NCBI RefSeq assembly: GCF_964213995.1
Contig: NC_135808.1
Location: 24,676,001 to 24,740,000, forward strand
Direction: 5' to 3'
Origin: Mustelus asterias
Taxonomy: Eukaryota
DNA length: 64,000 nt
Numbering within the stretch: position 1 is the first letter of the stretch; each line of letters starts with the position of its first letter. Shown here piece by piece: positions 22,972-35,399 of this stretch. Made by a program: the position numbers and the translations under genes. The notes under the pieces were generated by a model. That model worked only from the letters and a program-made list of their open reading frames with translations, had not been told where the DNA came from and did not search any database.

Positions 22972-24585
22972 TTCAAGTTCCATATTTGTGACTCTGTAAA
23001 TGGAACTGTGGTCATGGTTTGTCAGGAATTCCTCTATCTGGAGCTGCACATTTAAAGCTATTCTGATCTGCCCTATCATCCTGCACAAACTTGAGGAACC
23101 TGTCTCGTTCACTGCAAACTCAGTCACCTGTTTCTGCAATCTGTCACTTTGCTGCAATGTCTTTCACTTCCTGCCTCTGTGAAGCCTTCAATACAAAACT
23201 AATATTGCTGGGGTAGGGTAACACCACTGCAGTGCAGAACATTTCAAGACATGGGCGGCATGGTGGCACAGTGGTTAGTACTGCTGCCTCACAGTGCCAG
23301 GGTCCTGGGTTCAATTCCCAGCTTGGGTCACTGTCTGTGTGGAGTTTGCACATTCTCCGCGTGTCTGTGTGGGTTTCCTCCGGATGCTCCAGTTTCCTCC
23401 CACAGTCCAAAGATGCGCAGTTGAGATGGATTGGCAATGCTACAATTGCCCCTTAGTGTCAGGGGGACTAGCTAGGGTAAATGCATGTTGAATTCAGAAC
23501 AGCTTGTGGATGCGGCCCTGTGCCGTCCGCTGAGGGGAATGGTCTGGCCCGTTAAGCAATAGCTCTGAGTTGAGTTTGATTGCACTGTGCAACTGCTGCG
23601 ATTCGAGCTCCAAGTAGAGTTGACATCAGCAGGTGAATAGTCGATTTTGTGAATCCAGTATTCCATTGTTTAGTGGCGAATTTCCCAGTTTTTTATTGAG
23701 CTGCATTCCTTGTTGACTTGGCTGACTTCCACAGTCAGAGAGAGAGATTTGAGATATACCTGTAAAAGGGCCACTGTAGTGTGTGATCACCCCCATGAAC
23801 ATAGAACATAGAACATTTCAGCACAGAAACAGGCCTTTTGGCCCTTTTTGCCTGTGCCGAACCATTTTTGTGCCTAGTCCCACTGACCTGCACCTGGACC
23901 ATATCCCTCCACACCCCTCTCATCCATGTACCTGTCCAAGTTTTTCTTAAATGTTAAAAGTGCATTCACCACCTCATCTGGCAGCTCATTCCAAACTCCC
24001 ACCACTCTGTGCGAAGAAGCCCCCCCTAATATTCCCTTTAAACTTTTCCCCCCTCACTCTTAACCCATGTCCTCTAGTTATTTTCTCCCCGAGCCTCAGT
24101 GGAAAAAACCTGCTTGCATTCACTCTATGGATACCAATCATAATTTTATACACCTCTATCAAATCTCCCCTCATTCCTCTATGCTCCAGGGAATAAAGTC
24201 CTAACCTATTCAACTTTTCTCTGTAACTCAGTTTCTCAAGTCCCGGCAACATCCTTGTAAACCTTCTCTGCACTCTTTCAACCTTATTAATATCCTTCCT
24301 GTAATTAGGTGACCAAAACTGCACATAATACTCTAAATTCGGCCTCACCAATGTCTTATACAACTTCACCATAACATTCCAACTCCGATATTCAATACTT
24401 TGATTTATAAAGGCCAATGTACCAAAAGCACTCTTTACGACCCTATCTACCTGTGATGCCACTTTTAGGGAATTATGTATCTGTATTCCCAGATCTCTCT
24501 GTTCTACTGCACTCTTCAGTGTCCTACCATTTACCTTGTATCTTCTACCTTGGTTTGTCCTTCCAAAGTGCAATACCTCACACTT

Positions 24586-26981
24586 AGAACATAGAACATT
24601 ACAGCGCAGTACAGGCCCTTCGGCCCTCGATGTTGCGCTGACCAGTGAAACCAATCTAAAGCCCATCTAATCTACACTATTCCAATATCATCCATATGTT
24701 TATCCAATAACCATTTGAATTCTCTTAATGTTGGCGAGTCCACTACTGCTGCAGGCAGGGCATTCCACGCCCTGACTACTCTCTGACTAAAGAACCTACC
24801 TCGAAAATCTGTCCTATATCTCTCACCCCTCAATTTAAAGCTATGTCCCCTCGTGTTAGCCATCACCACCCGAGGAAAAAGGCTCTCACTATCCACCCTA
24901 TCTAATCCTCTGATCATCTTGTATGCCTCTATTAAGTCACATCTTAACCTTCTTCTCTCTAACAAAAACAACCTCAAGTCCCTCAGTCTTTCCTCACACG
25001 ATCTTCCCACCATACCAGGCAACATCCTGGTAAATCTCCTCTGCACACTTTCCAACACTTCCATGTCTTTCCTATAATGTGGCGACCAGAACTGTACGCA
25101 ATACTCCAAGTGCGGCCGCACCAGAGTTTTGTATAGTTGCAGCATGACTTCATAGCTCCGAAACTCAATCCCTCTCCCAATAAAAGCTAACACACCGTAC
25201 GCCTTCTTAACAATCCTATCAACCTGGGTGCCAACTTTCAGGGATCTATGCAGATGGACACCCAGATCCCTCTGTTCATCCACACTACCAAGTATCTTAC
25301 CATTAGCCCAGTACTCTGTATTCCTGTTACTCCTTCCAAAGTGAATCACCTCACACTTTTCCGCATTAAGCTCCATTTGCCACCTCTCAGCCCAACTCTG
25401 CAGCTTATCCATGTCCCTCTGTAACCTGCCACTTCCCTCCGCACTGTCTACAACTCCACCAACTTTAATGTCATCCGCAAATTTACTAATCCATCCTTCT
25501 ACGCCCTCATACAGGTCATTTATAAAAATGACAAACAGCAGTGGCCCCAAAACAGATCCTTGTGGTACACCACTAGTAACTGAACTCCAGGATGAATATT
25601 TCCCATCAACCACCACACTCTGTTTTCTTACAGCAAGCCAATTCCTGATCCACACCACTAAATCACCCTCAATCCCATGTGTCCGTATTTTCTGCAACAG
25701 CTTACCATGGGGAACCTTATCATATGCTTTGCTGAAATCCATATACACCACATCAACCACTTTACCCTCATCCACCTCTTTGGTCACCTTCTCAAAGAAC
25801 TCAATAAGGTTTGTGAGGCACGACCTACCCTTCAAAAAATCGTGCTAACTATCCCTCATCAAATTATTCCTTTCTTGGTGATTATAAATCCTATCTCTTA
25901 TAATCCTTTCCAAAACTTTGCCCACAACAGAAGTAAGGCTCACCGGTCTATAATTACCAGGGTTGTCCCTACTCCCCTTCTTGAACAAGATTTTCTATCC
26001 TCCAGTCTTCTGGCACTGTTCCTGTAGACAATGACGACACAAAGATCAAAGCCAAAGGCTCAGCAATCTCCTCTCTAGCCTCCCAGAGAATCCTAGGATA
26101 AATCCCATCTGGCCCAGGGGACTTATTTATTTTTACCCTTTCCAGAATTGCTAACACCTCCTCCTTATGAACCTCAATCCCGTCCAGGCCAACAACCTGC
26201 ATCTCAGTACTCCCCTCGACAACACTATCCTTCTCCTGTGTGAATACCGACGAAAAATATTGATTTAGTGCCCCTCCTAGCTCTTCAGACTCCATGCACA
26301 ACCTTTGACAAGGTTCCGCATGGGAGGTTAGTCAGGAAGGTTCAGTAGCTAGGTATACATGGAGGGGTAGTAAATTGGATTAGACATTGGCTCAATGGAA
26401 GAAGCCAGAGAGTGGGAGTGGAGGATTGCGTCTCTGAGTGGAGGCCTGTGACTAGTGGTGTGCCACAGGGATCAGTGCTGGGTCCATTGTTGTTTGTCAT
26501 CTATATCAATGATCTGGATGATAATGTGGTAAATTGGATCAGGACGTTTGCTGATGATACAAAGATTGGCTGTCCTTGACTGGCCCTAATCTTACCCTAG
26601 TCATTTCTTTTACTCCTGACATACCTATAGAAAGCTTTAGGGTTTTCCTTGATCCTACCTGCCAAAGACTTCTTATGTCCCCTCCTGGCTCCTCTTAACT
26701 CTTTTTCTTTAGGTCCTTCCTGTCTAACTTGTAACTCTCAAGCGCCCTAACTGAGCCTTCACGTCTCATCTTAACATAAGTCTCCTTCTTCCTCTTCACA
26801 AGAGATTCAACCTCTTTAGTAAACCACGGTTCCTTCACACGACTGCTTGCTCCCTGCCTGACAGGTACATATTTATCGAGGACGCGTAGTAGCTGTTCCT
26901 CGAACAAGCTCCACATTACAATTGTGCCCATCCCCTGCAGTTTCCTTCCCCAACCTATGCCACCTAAATATTGTCTGATTA
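24586..26981 (-). mobile_element. Nested CR1 LINE (subfamily A, same as 18190-21907)
   Basis: RT ORF 24672-25835 is near-identical to 20900-21820; flanked by duplicated ACTT (24582-24585, 26982-26985). Confidence 0.92.
26302..26569 (+). repeat. Inverted copy of 27086-27353 inserted into the nested CR1
   Basis: Reverse complement of neighbouring CR1-B sequence, including the atypical AGGACGTTTGCTGATGAT motif. Confidence 0.85.
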
Positions 26982-28338
26982 ACTTGTCTGCATTAAACTG
27001 CATCTGCCATTTTTCAGCCCATTTTTCTAGCTGGTCCAAATCCCTCTGCAAGCTTTGAAAGCCTTCTTCACTGTCCACTACACCTCCAATCTTTGTATCA
27101 TCAGCAAACGTCCTGATCCAATTTACCACATTATCATCCAGATCATTGATATAGATGACAAACAACAATGGACCCAGCACTTATCCCTGTGGCACACCAC
27201 TAGTCACAGACCTCCACTCAGAGAAGCAATCCTCCACTACCACTCTCTGGCTTCTTCCATTGAGCCAATGTCTAATCCAATTTACTACCTCTCCATGTAC
27301 ACCTAGCGACTGAACCTTCCTGACTAACCTCCCATGCGGAACCTTGTCAAAGGCCTTGCTGAAATCCAGGTAGACAACATCCACTGCCTTCCCTTATCCA
27401 CTTTCTTGGTAACCTCCTCGAAAAACTCTAATAGATTGGTTAAACATGACCTACCACGCACAAAGCCATGTTGCCTCTCCCTAATAAGTCCCTGTCTATC
27501 CAAATATTTGTAGATCCTATCTCTTAATACTCCTTCCAATAATTTACCTGCTACTGACGTCAAACCTACCGGCCTATAATTTCCCGCATTACTTTTTGAA
27601 CCTTTTTTAAACAATGGAACAACATGAGCTATCCTCCAATCATCCGGCACCTCACCTGTGGATACCGACATTTTAAATATATCTGCCAGGGCCCCTGCAA
27701 TTTCAACACTAGTCTCCTTCAAGGTCCGAGGGAATACCCTGTCCGGTCCTGGGGATTTATCTACTCTGATTTGTCTCAAGACAGCAAGCACCTCCTCCCC
27801 TTTAATCTGTATAGGTTCCATGACCTCCCTACTTGTTTGCCTTATTTCCATAGACTCCATGCCAGTTTCCTTAGTAAATACGGATGCAAAAAACCCACTT
27901 AATATCTCCCCCATTTCTTTTGGTTCCATACATAGCCGACCACTCTGATCTTCAAGAGGACCAATTTTATCCCTTACTATCCTTTTGCTCTTAATATACC
28001 TGTAGAAGCACTTAGGATTATCCTTCACCTTGTCTGCCAAAGCAACCTCATGTCTTCTTTTAGGCTTCCTGATTTCTTTCTTAAGTAGTTTCTTGCACTT
28101 TTTATACTCCTCAAGCATCTTATTTGCTCCCTGTTGCCTATACATGTCATACATCTCTCTCTTCTTCTTTATCAGAGTTCCAATATCCCTCGAGAACCAA
28201 GGTTCCTTATTCTTATTCACTTTGCCTTTAATCCTGACAGGACCATACAAACTCTGCACTCTCAAAATTTCACCTTTACAGGCCTCCCACTTACCATTCA
28301 CATCCTTGCCAGGGAACAGCCTGTCCCAATCCATGACT

Positions 28339-28420
28339 TGCATGGGGAATCAGTCATTGACCTCCCAGTAGGACTCATTGAATATGAGCTCCCTGGGAAT
28401 TGGTAATTAACCAACCAGAT
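28339..28420 (+). mobile_element. LTR fragment related to the 7621/9256 LTRs
   Basis: Shares GGGAAT..TTGACCTCCCAGTA.GACTCAT..GGCAATT-like sequence. Confidence 0.5.
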
Positions 28421-29307
28421 TTAATTTACTTAAAGGCTGCTGGTTTAGGTCAGAATCTGGCTTTTACTCTACATTTGAACGTGTAAAAGATCTATGAGTT
28501 GAATTTCCACTTGGACCCACATTCCCTAATTTACTGTCGCACTCAGACTGAAGCCTCACCTGACTGATCATGCATTTCTAACTTCACACATAACAGAATG
28601 ACACATCCAATCACACTTGCATTAATATCCTAACATTTCTAGCCATGGCGGGGAGGTGGAGGAGGGGGAGTTAGGGGACCTCTTGTGGAGTCTTTGCTTC
28701 CACCCCAATGCACGGTCCCAGGGCCTTTGGTAACGGCCAGCCTGTGACCTGTCATTTTAAAGAAATCAGACTCAAGGGCAAAGACACCACCAAGCGTAAG
28801 TTAGCAAATTAATCTATATTTTCCTTTCTCTAAAATATACATCAATACCAAATTACACCCATGACGATTTATGCTAATTTGGTGGTGTGTGTGTTGTGTG
28901 TATGTTTCCTAACACTACATCTCATTCTCAATCATTTTCCTCACAAACATCCCATTAGTTTCCATCTGATCCCATCCCTGAGCCCTGGAGATTATTGACT
29001 GTCCAATATAACATTTTCTGTTTTGACATTGAATTTGATTTCTGGCACTAACATGTTTGCTCCTTAACTCAGGTAACGTCTCATTACTTCAGCAGAAGAC
29101 TATATGAAACTGATATTTTCCAAATCATCTCAAATTCAGATAGCCCCATGTATCGTTTATTTCTTAACATTCATAGAAAGGAGCTAACGTGTATTTTAAT
29201 TCCCAGCAAATTTCTCCTTGAGCATTTTAAAGTATTAATTCACATGTATTAAATTCATGAATTCCAATTTCTTCTGTTGTTTTTTCATGTTTCTTTAAAT
29301 GAGTGTA

Positions 29308-29600
29308 TGGGGCAGCGTGGTGAACAGCACTGCTGCCTCACAGTGCCAGTTACCCGGGTTCGATTCCCGGCTTGGGTCACTGTCTGCGCGGAATCTGTGC
29401 GTTCTCCCCGTGTGTGCATGGGTTTCCTCTGGGTGTGCAAAAGATGTGCTGGTTAGGTTCATTGGCCATGCTAAATTCCCCCTCAGTGTCCGCAAACAGG
29501 CACTGGAGTGTGGCGACAAAGATTCTGATAGTAGATTCTGAAAGCCATGATAGTATTAAATGGTGTAGCAGACTCGAGGGGCTGAATAGTCTGCTCCTGC
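29308..29600 (+). mobile_element. tRNA-derived SINE (variant)
   Basis: GGGCAGCGTGGTGAACAGCACTGCTGCCTCACAG...GGTTCGATTCCCGG head. Confidence 0.8.
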
Positions 29601-30691
29601 CCCTAATTCTTATGTCATTATGTTTTTATATTATCATCTCACATCTTATCAATTTGATTCTGAGATGTTGCAGTTCTCTTTATTATGGATGTCAAATCTA
29701 CTGAGAAGTTTTGGACCCAGCTCATTGCCTTCAGTGTTTTTTCATGCAACGCAAAGGTGAGTGTATTGGGAGGGAGTTGGACTGAAATGCAGGAGGATTA
29801 TGCTTCGCGATACTACCTCCGAGCTATTAGTCTCGATATCTGAGGAAGGATGCTAATGCGAAAGAAGCATTTTAGAAAATGTATGAACATGTACTGGAAG
29901 CATTAGACTATCCCCTATCCCGATGGACTGGTGGGTTTGAAACAAAATGATTGGCACAATACTGTTCCCTGCTTCTTTTAAAGTATTAGTGCTGATACAG
30001 TATGTGTAGATTTAAGTGATTCCAATAGGTGTTGGGTTGGACATGTGAAGGTATGGGGGCGGAGGATGCTGGGGGCCGAGGCCAGTTAATATTTCATTCC
30101 AAATTCCCGATGTTTTCCACGTTTAAAACTTGGTCAGTGCTCTCATTCCTCACATATTTTAACATAAGTGCATGTGGGATCATAGGAACATCGGCACAGC
30201 AGTAGGCCATTCAGCCTGCTCCGCCATTCAATAAAACCGGACACCTCAATATATTTTACACGTTATGTCGGTATAGCGCGCAAGAAACAATACTTTTCAC
30301 TGCATACAAATATATGAGTCAAAATCAAATCAAACATACTAACCCCAAACCCTTCCGATATGTTAATGGGAAACATATTTAACTCTTCCATAAAAATACT
30401 CAATTTTCCTGCCCGACTGCAGAATGCGGCCATGACACTATGTCGTTTTGCAATTTTAATTCTGTTACGTTGTTTCCTCGCTCTGTCAGAGAGGAAATAC
30501 CGGAACCCATAACACCTTCTTTCTTAACACTGATCCACGCCCAGTATTTTTTTCACATTTCGGTCTTTGCTGTCAGCTGGAACAACACAGGCTACTTTGT
30601 ACAAGCACATCGAGCAGGGCAGATTCTAATCTCGATATTTCACGCTCTTGGACTGTTAGTTGCAGCATTTCCAAACTCCATTCGCAACAAT

Positions 30692-31242
30692 GGGCGGCAA
30701 GGCGGCACAGTGGTTAGCACTGCTGCGTCACAGTGGTTAGCACTGCTGCGTCACGGTGGTGAGCACTGCTGCGTCACGGTGGTGAGCACTGCTGCGTCAC
30801 AGTGGTGAGCACTGCTGCGTCACGGTGGTTAGCACTGCTGCGTCACAGTGGTGAGCACTGCTGCGTCACAGTGGTTAGCACTGCTGCGTCACGGTGGTGA
30901 GCACTGCTGCGTCACGGTGGTTAGCACTGCTGCGTCACGGTGGTTAGGCACTGCTGCGTCACGGTGCTAGGGACCCGGATTCGAAATCCCGTTTGGGTCA
31001 CTGTCTGTGTGGGGACTGTACAATCTCCCCGAGCCGGCATCGGTTTCCTCCTGGCGCTCCGGTTTCCTCCCACAGTCCAACAATGTGCGGGTTAGGAGGA
31101 TTGGTCATGCTAAATTGCTCCTTAGTGTCAGGGAAACTAGCTAGCTTAAGTGCATGGGTTTAAGGGAATAGGACCTGGGTAGGATTATGGTCGGTGCAGA
31201 CTCGATGGGCCGAATGGCCTCCTTTATTATAGGGATTCTATG
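30692..31242 (+). mobile_element. HE1-type SINE with an internal 23-bp tandem expansion
   Basis: About 11 copies of CACRGTGGTKAGCACTGCTGCGT at 30706-30965 inside the tRNA head. Confidence 0.9.
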
Positions 31243-31929
31243 CAATGAACAATGCTTTTAAGCATTCAATTGTATTGGGGGGGGGGGGGGGGGAGGATGG
31301 GGGGTGGAGTTCACACAGCATTGCAAATGCAGATTTTGGGGGCCTTATATCGTCTTACCATGACTTCTGTGGACTTCGGTTGTGCAATTTGACTTGGATT
31401 CGTATCATTTCTTGCAATTGAGTACGTTCTTCTGCTAAAGTGTGAACCTTTGCCGCTGCCCATCTAAAATGGCAATTTGCTCCGACAGAGCATTTTTCTC
31501 GATAATATTGCTGGTTCAGCTATTACTTATCGATAATTTTGGTGGTTTCTGTTCAACATAGATTAATTTGGCTTTAATACATCATGATTTAAACGACTGT
31601 CCAGCTCTCCCTTTTCCTGTGTCCATCATGGTTTACTTCTTACTTTATATCATCATCCTTAATTGTCTCATATTCTTATCATTTCAACTTGATTGTTATT
31701 CATTTGGATGTTCGGAAATCAGCTCATGTCTATCCTTATTGTTTGGATGTCACCTTCTCACTGGAACATATGTGAGTGACTTGATGAATTTAGATAACGT
31801 CTCATTCTAATGGTCACATTAGCGATGTCATGGATATCGTTTGTCAAATGATTGTGCATAGCTGAGACCCGTGCTTTGGTAAATTCACAAGGCGTTTGCA
31901 CTCGGTACTTGCTCCATACGCACCAAATC

Positions 31930-32130
31930 ATATTTCCACATTCAAAATGGCATCCCAATATTGGAGTGAATACAAGCCCAGTCAACCCAATCTCTCCTCT
32001 ATCGACAGTCCTGCCATCCCAGCAATCAACCTGTCGACATTTCGCTGCACGCCCTCTGGTAAGTACGTCCTTTGTTAGATAAAGAGAACAAGTCCGCACG
32101 CAATGCTCCAGGTGTAGTCTCACCAATACC
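31930..32130 (-). mobile_element. Degenerate CR1 RT fragment
   Basis: LVRLHLEHCV...LYLTKDV motif. Confidence 0.65.
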
Positions 32131-33927
32131 GTTGTAATGCTGCTTTTTTGTAAAGATGGGGCATGAACTGCAGCTGTAAATATTCATGACATCTCCTCAT
32201 CTTTAGGTGTCTCGAAGAAATTCTGGAGTTCGAAGTGTCGCAAAACTCCTGAAACTCCATCGTGATATTGCGCTGTCAGGATCCCGTCCTCCCTGGAGTG
32301 GAAGTGGCGGCTTTGGGAGATGCTGTTGATAAAAGCTGTCGGGAGTTGCTTGGAGATGCTTGGTGTTGGAGATGGCGACTTTGCGAGGTGCTGTTGAAAG
32401 AAGCTGTTGCTTTGTGATGCTTAATGTGACAGAGCCCCAACTCGCCAATTGGACTCTGATTATCCACAAGCATTTCCCCCAACCTTGCACCGTAACCTCA
32501 CATCATTCAAGCCAGTGAGTTTCGGGCCAGTAACATCAATAACCCCAACCTTTCGAACAGGCAACAGTGAAGGAGTTCAACTGAATAATTGCATTACTTT
32601 TGACGTTGATATCTCGTGATGACAAGGAGTATCAACCGTTTGCACAGGTATTTCAGTGTTTTGATTTCCACAATTTGATCTCAAATCCCGCACTCCATTC
32701 AATGGTGAAAAACTCTCTTGTAATGTCAACATTTCCTCTTTAAAATTGGAACCATTCTCTATCACTGAGCCGACGGGTGACTCCCGATCCACAGCAATGT
32801 GGTTGATTCTTAGCTGTCTTCGGGGCAATGGGGATGGGCAATAAATGCTGACCAGCCAGTGATGCCCATGTCCCACGAATGAATAAACAGAAAATGTGTA
32901 CCTTATAGAATGCCTTTCGAAAATTAAAATACACCACCTCTACTGTTTCTCCCTTTCGAGCTATAAAGGCCTATATTACCCTTAACTACCCTATTTATCC
33001 GGATATATTATTAATAAACTTTAGTATTGTCCCTGATATTCCTCACGGTGCCACGCCCCCTTCCCTCCATAGAACTCTCATTGTTCAGCTCTTCCTTTGT
33101 GGATGTTTGCATCTTTCCCTCTCTCCCGGATCGTCCCAGTGCCATGCCCTCACATCAGTTTGATGGAATTTGTCACTCCCTTTGATGACACCAATGGAAG
33201 TTTTTGTATCGTTGGTTTCATTGAGGGTAGGTGATGAATATTTCTATTGATGGTGCATAAAGCTTTGGCATATTGTAACTTGTGGACTTGTGAGTCGAAG
33301 TATTGCTAATCCATGCACAACATCGCTGTACATGTGCCTGTACCACATGGACTACTGTCCTTTAAAAAAGGCAGCTCACCAAAAACATTTAAAGGGCGAA
33401 TTTTGGCCTAGCCAGCACACCCACATCCCATTAATGATTTTAAAAAATGATGCAGAATGATATTTATTCAGTTGAAGGAGAAGTGGAGAGATGTTTTTAG
33501 AGCGAACGATGGGTATTGATGCATTGTCCTATTTGAAATAAAGTGAGCTACTGAATTGGAGTGTGTCTGAATACATTATGGCATGATTTGCCACAGCGTC
33601 AGCACCCTTTGGAAGAAATGAACACAGCACGTGCTGTTTGTGTGTACTACTAAAATGCCCACTAAAATGCAACTTGATCAGTTTCTGAGACAACTTTGGC
33701 AGATGCCCAGATTTGATAGTTAGTTAAGACTGCAGTGTGCTTTCTTTGCATTCTCATTAATGCATGTGCAATAACTGATCATTTGGTAACGATATCTCTT
33801 CACTACACTTGCTGTTTGGCGTACAGGATATCATGCATTGCAGTTTCACCAGGCTAACACGGTTGATGAAAAGATTGGGATCAATATAATATTTATTCAT
33901 ACAAAGCATGTTGTTCTGCTCACAGAT

Positions 33928-34829
33928 CTATTGTTTATTAATGAAACGGATAATTGATGTAAACGGATATTTCAGCGCGCTCTTGAACTGATCCCTGAAC
34001 TTAGACTGAGTCACTCCATATATAAATGCATTTGTGCAGCAACTTAAATCCACCAGCATAACTCCAACTTGATCAAATATATATAAAGAATCGTTATAAT
34101 TTGCGGGATTAGTTCCTGAAATTATATCATATAAGAAATTTGTAACATATAAAAACCATAAGAGTATGAAGCTCCCAGATATGGTGAAGAGTAAAATCAT
34201 AGACTTCCTTCTGCCCTCCATCTCTGGGTCACTGCGATTATCGCATTTGCTCTGACCCCTCAGTCCCTTCCGTACTCGACTGGTCACTAAAATATATCTG
34301 ACTGTAAGAGTGTTGAGCAATAGAATTGAAACATATGGGATCAATGGAGTTGAAACCGTTTCAAACCATTCAAATGCCACCCATCCTGGGTCAGTATAAT
34401 AACTTGGTTTTTCATTACAGAACCAGGGGACATTGTCGATTATCTCTCTAGGTTCAAACCTAAAGTAGATCGGAATGGCTTTTAAACACATCAGGGTGCA
34501 AGTGGTTGATAGTACTGCAGCTGCAGTTTGTTCGGTGCAGTATTTCGTTTTCAGCTTCTGACAACAAATGGCCACAAATCGATCGAAGGAGAAAGTGACG
34601 GTGAACCAGACAGAACAGTTCACAGTTGCATAAAGCAGTACAAAGATAATAGTACATGCAGGGGTGATGTTCAGTAAAGATCCTGGGAAAAAGTAGCTGA
34701 TCCGATATAATATGACCGCAGTGATAATCACCAGAAGATCTGCCGCTGCCATGGCCACGAGGTACCGAGTAGTACAGCTGGAGAGACCGCAGTTTCTCCG
34801 GGACAGGATCACGATTGCCATTAAATTAA
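33928..34829 (-). CDS. GPR139/GPR142-like orphan class A GPCR, exon 2
   Basis: Acceptor ctcccatacAG. Open 300-codon frame with AAADL (TM2), CSVWFTVTFSFDRFVAICC (TM3), TM5 PLIPY, SGSFILLW (TM6) and CCTNAFIYGVTQSKFR (TM7/H8). Confidence 0.92.
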
Positions 34830-35399
34830 CTGTATGGGAGGGATAAAAATGTAGACTGTAAGTTACTGATCCAGCATTCTCCATATCGGCTGGGTTGGTG
34901 TGGGGCATCAGCTGATTGTTTGAAATAGATCTTTATTTACCCAAAGACAATTTAAACTTGCAAATATCTGTGCTTAACAGAATTAGGATTGTGGGCTCTG
35001 GGAGGGGTTATCATAATTTCTTTTATTTTTTAATAAACTTCAAATAATCTATTGCACATACGTCACAGACACAGTTCTCAGACTTTGGGCAATGTGAAAG
35101 GTGAAAGAGGGATGAGCACAACTTCAAGGCTAAGGCAAGTGTCTTCATAACACCTCTTATGTGCAAGGGGAAAGTAGTAGTTTTCTTGCTTCACCTCCAC
35201 CTTGCACGCAATACACAAACTCCACCACCGCCTCAACCCCATCCAAACAGAAAGGAACCCGAAGCAGCCATCAGTCCCTGCATGTCCAGACAACCACGCC
35301 CAGTAACGAAGTTAGAACGGAACAGAACTGCTCCTGAAGAGTGCTATGAAGCCTCGCCCGCCCTACCTCCGCCGAATGTGGAGAGAGCCCTGACAACTG

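Larger units (their letters stand above)
23797..28335 (-). mobile_element. CR1 LINE (subfamily B), split by a nested CR1
   Basis: 5' part 28335-26982 ends ...QFNADK and 3' part 24585-23797 resumes KCEVLHF; (GTTCTAT)n tail at 23797. Confidence 0.92.

Noticed and set aside
34830-34908. ORF-track N-terminus MPHTNPAD... of the GPCR
   Set aside because: Intronic read-through; a proper acceptor and a phase-compatible exon 1 supplying TM1 exist.
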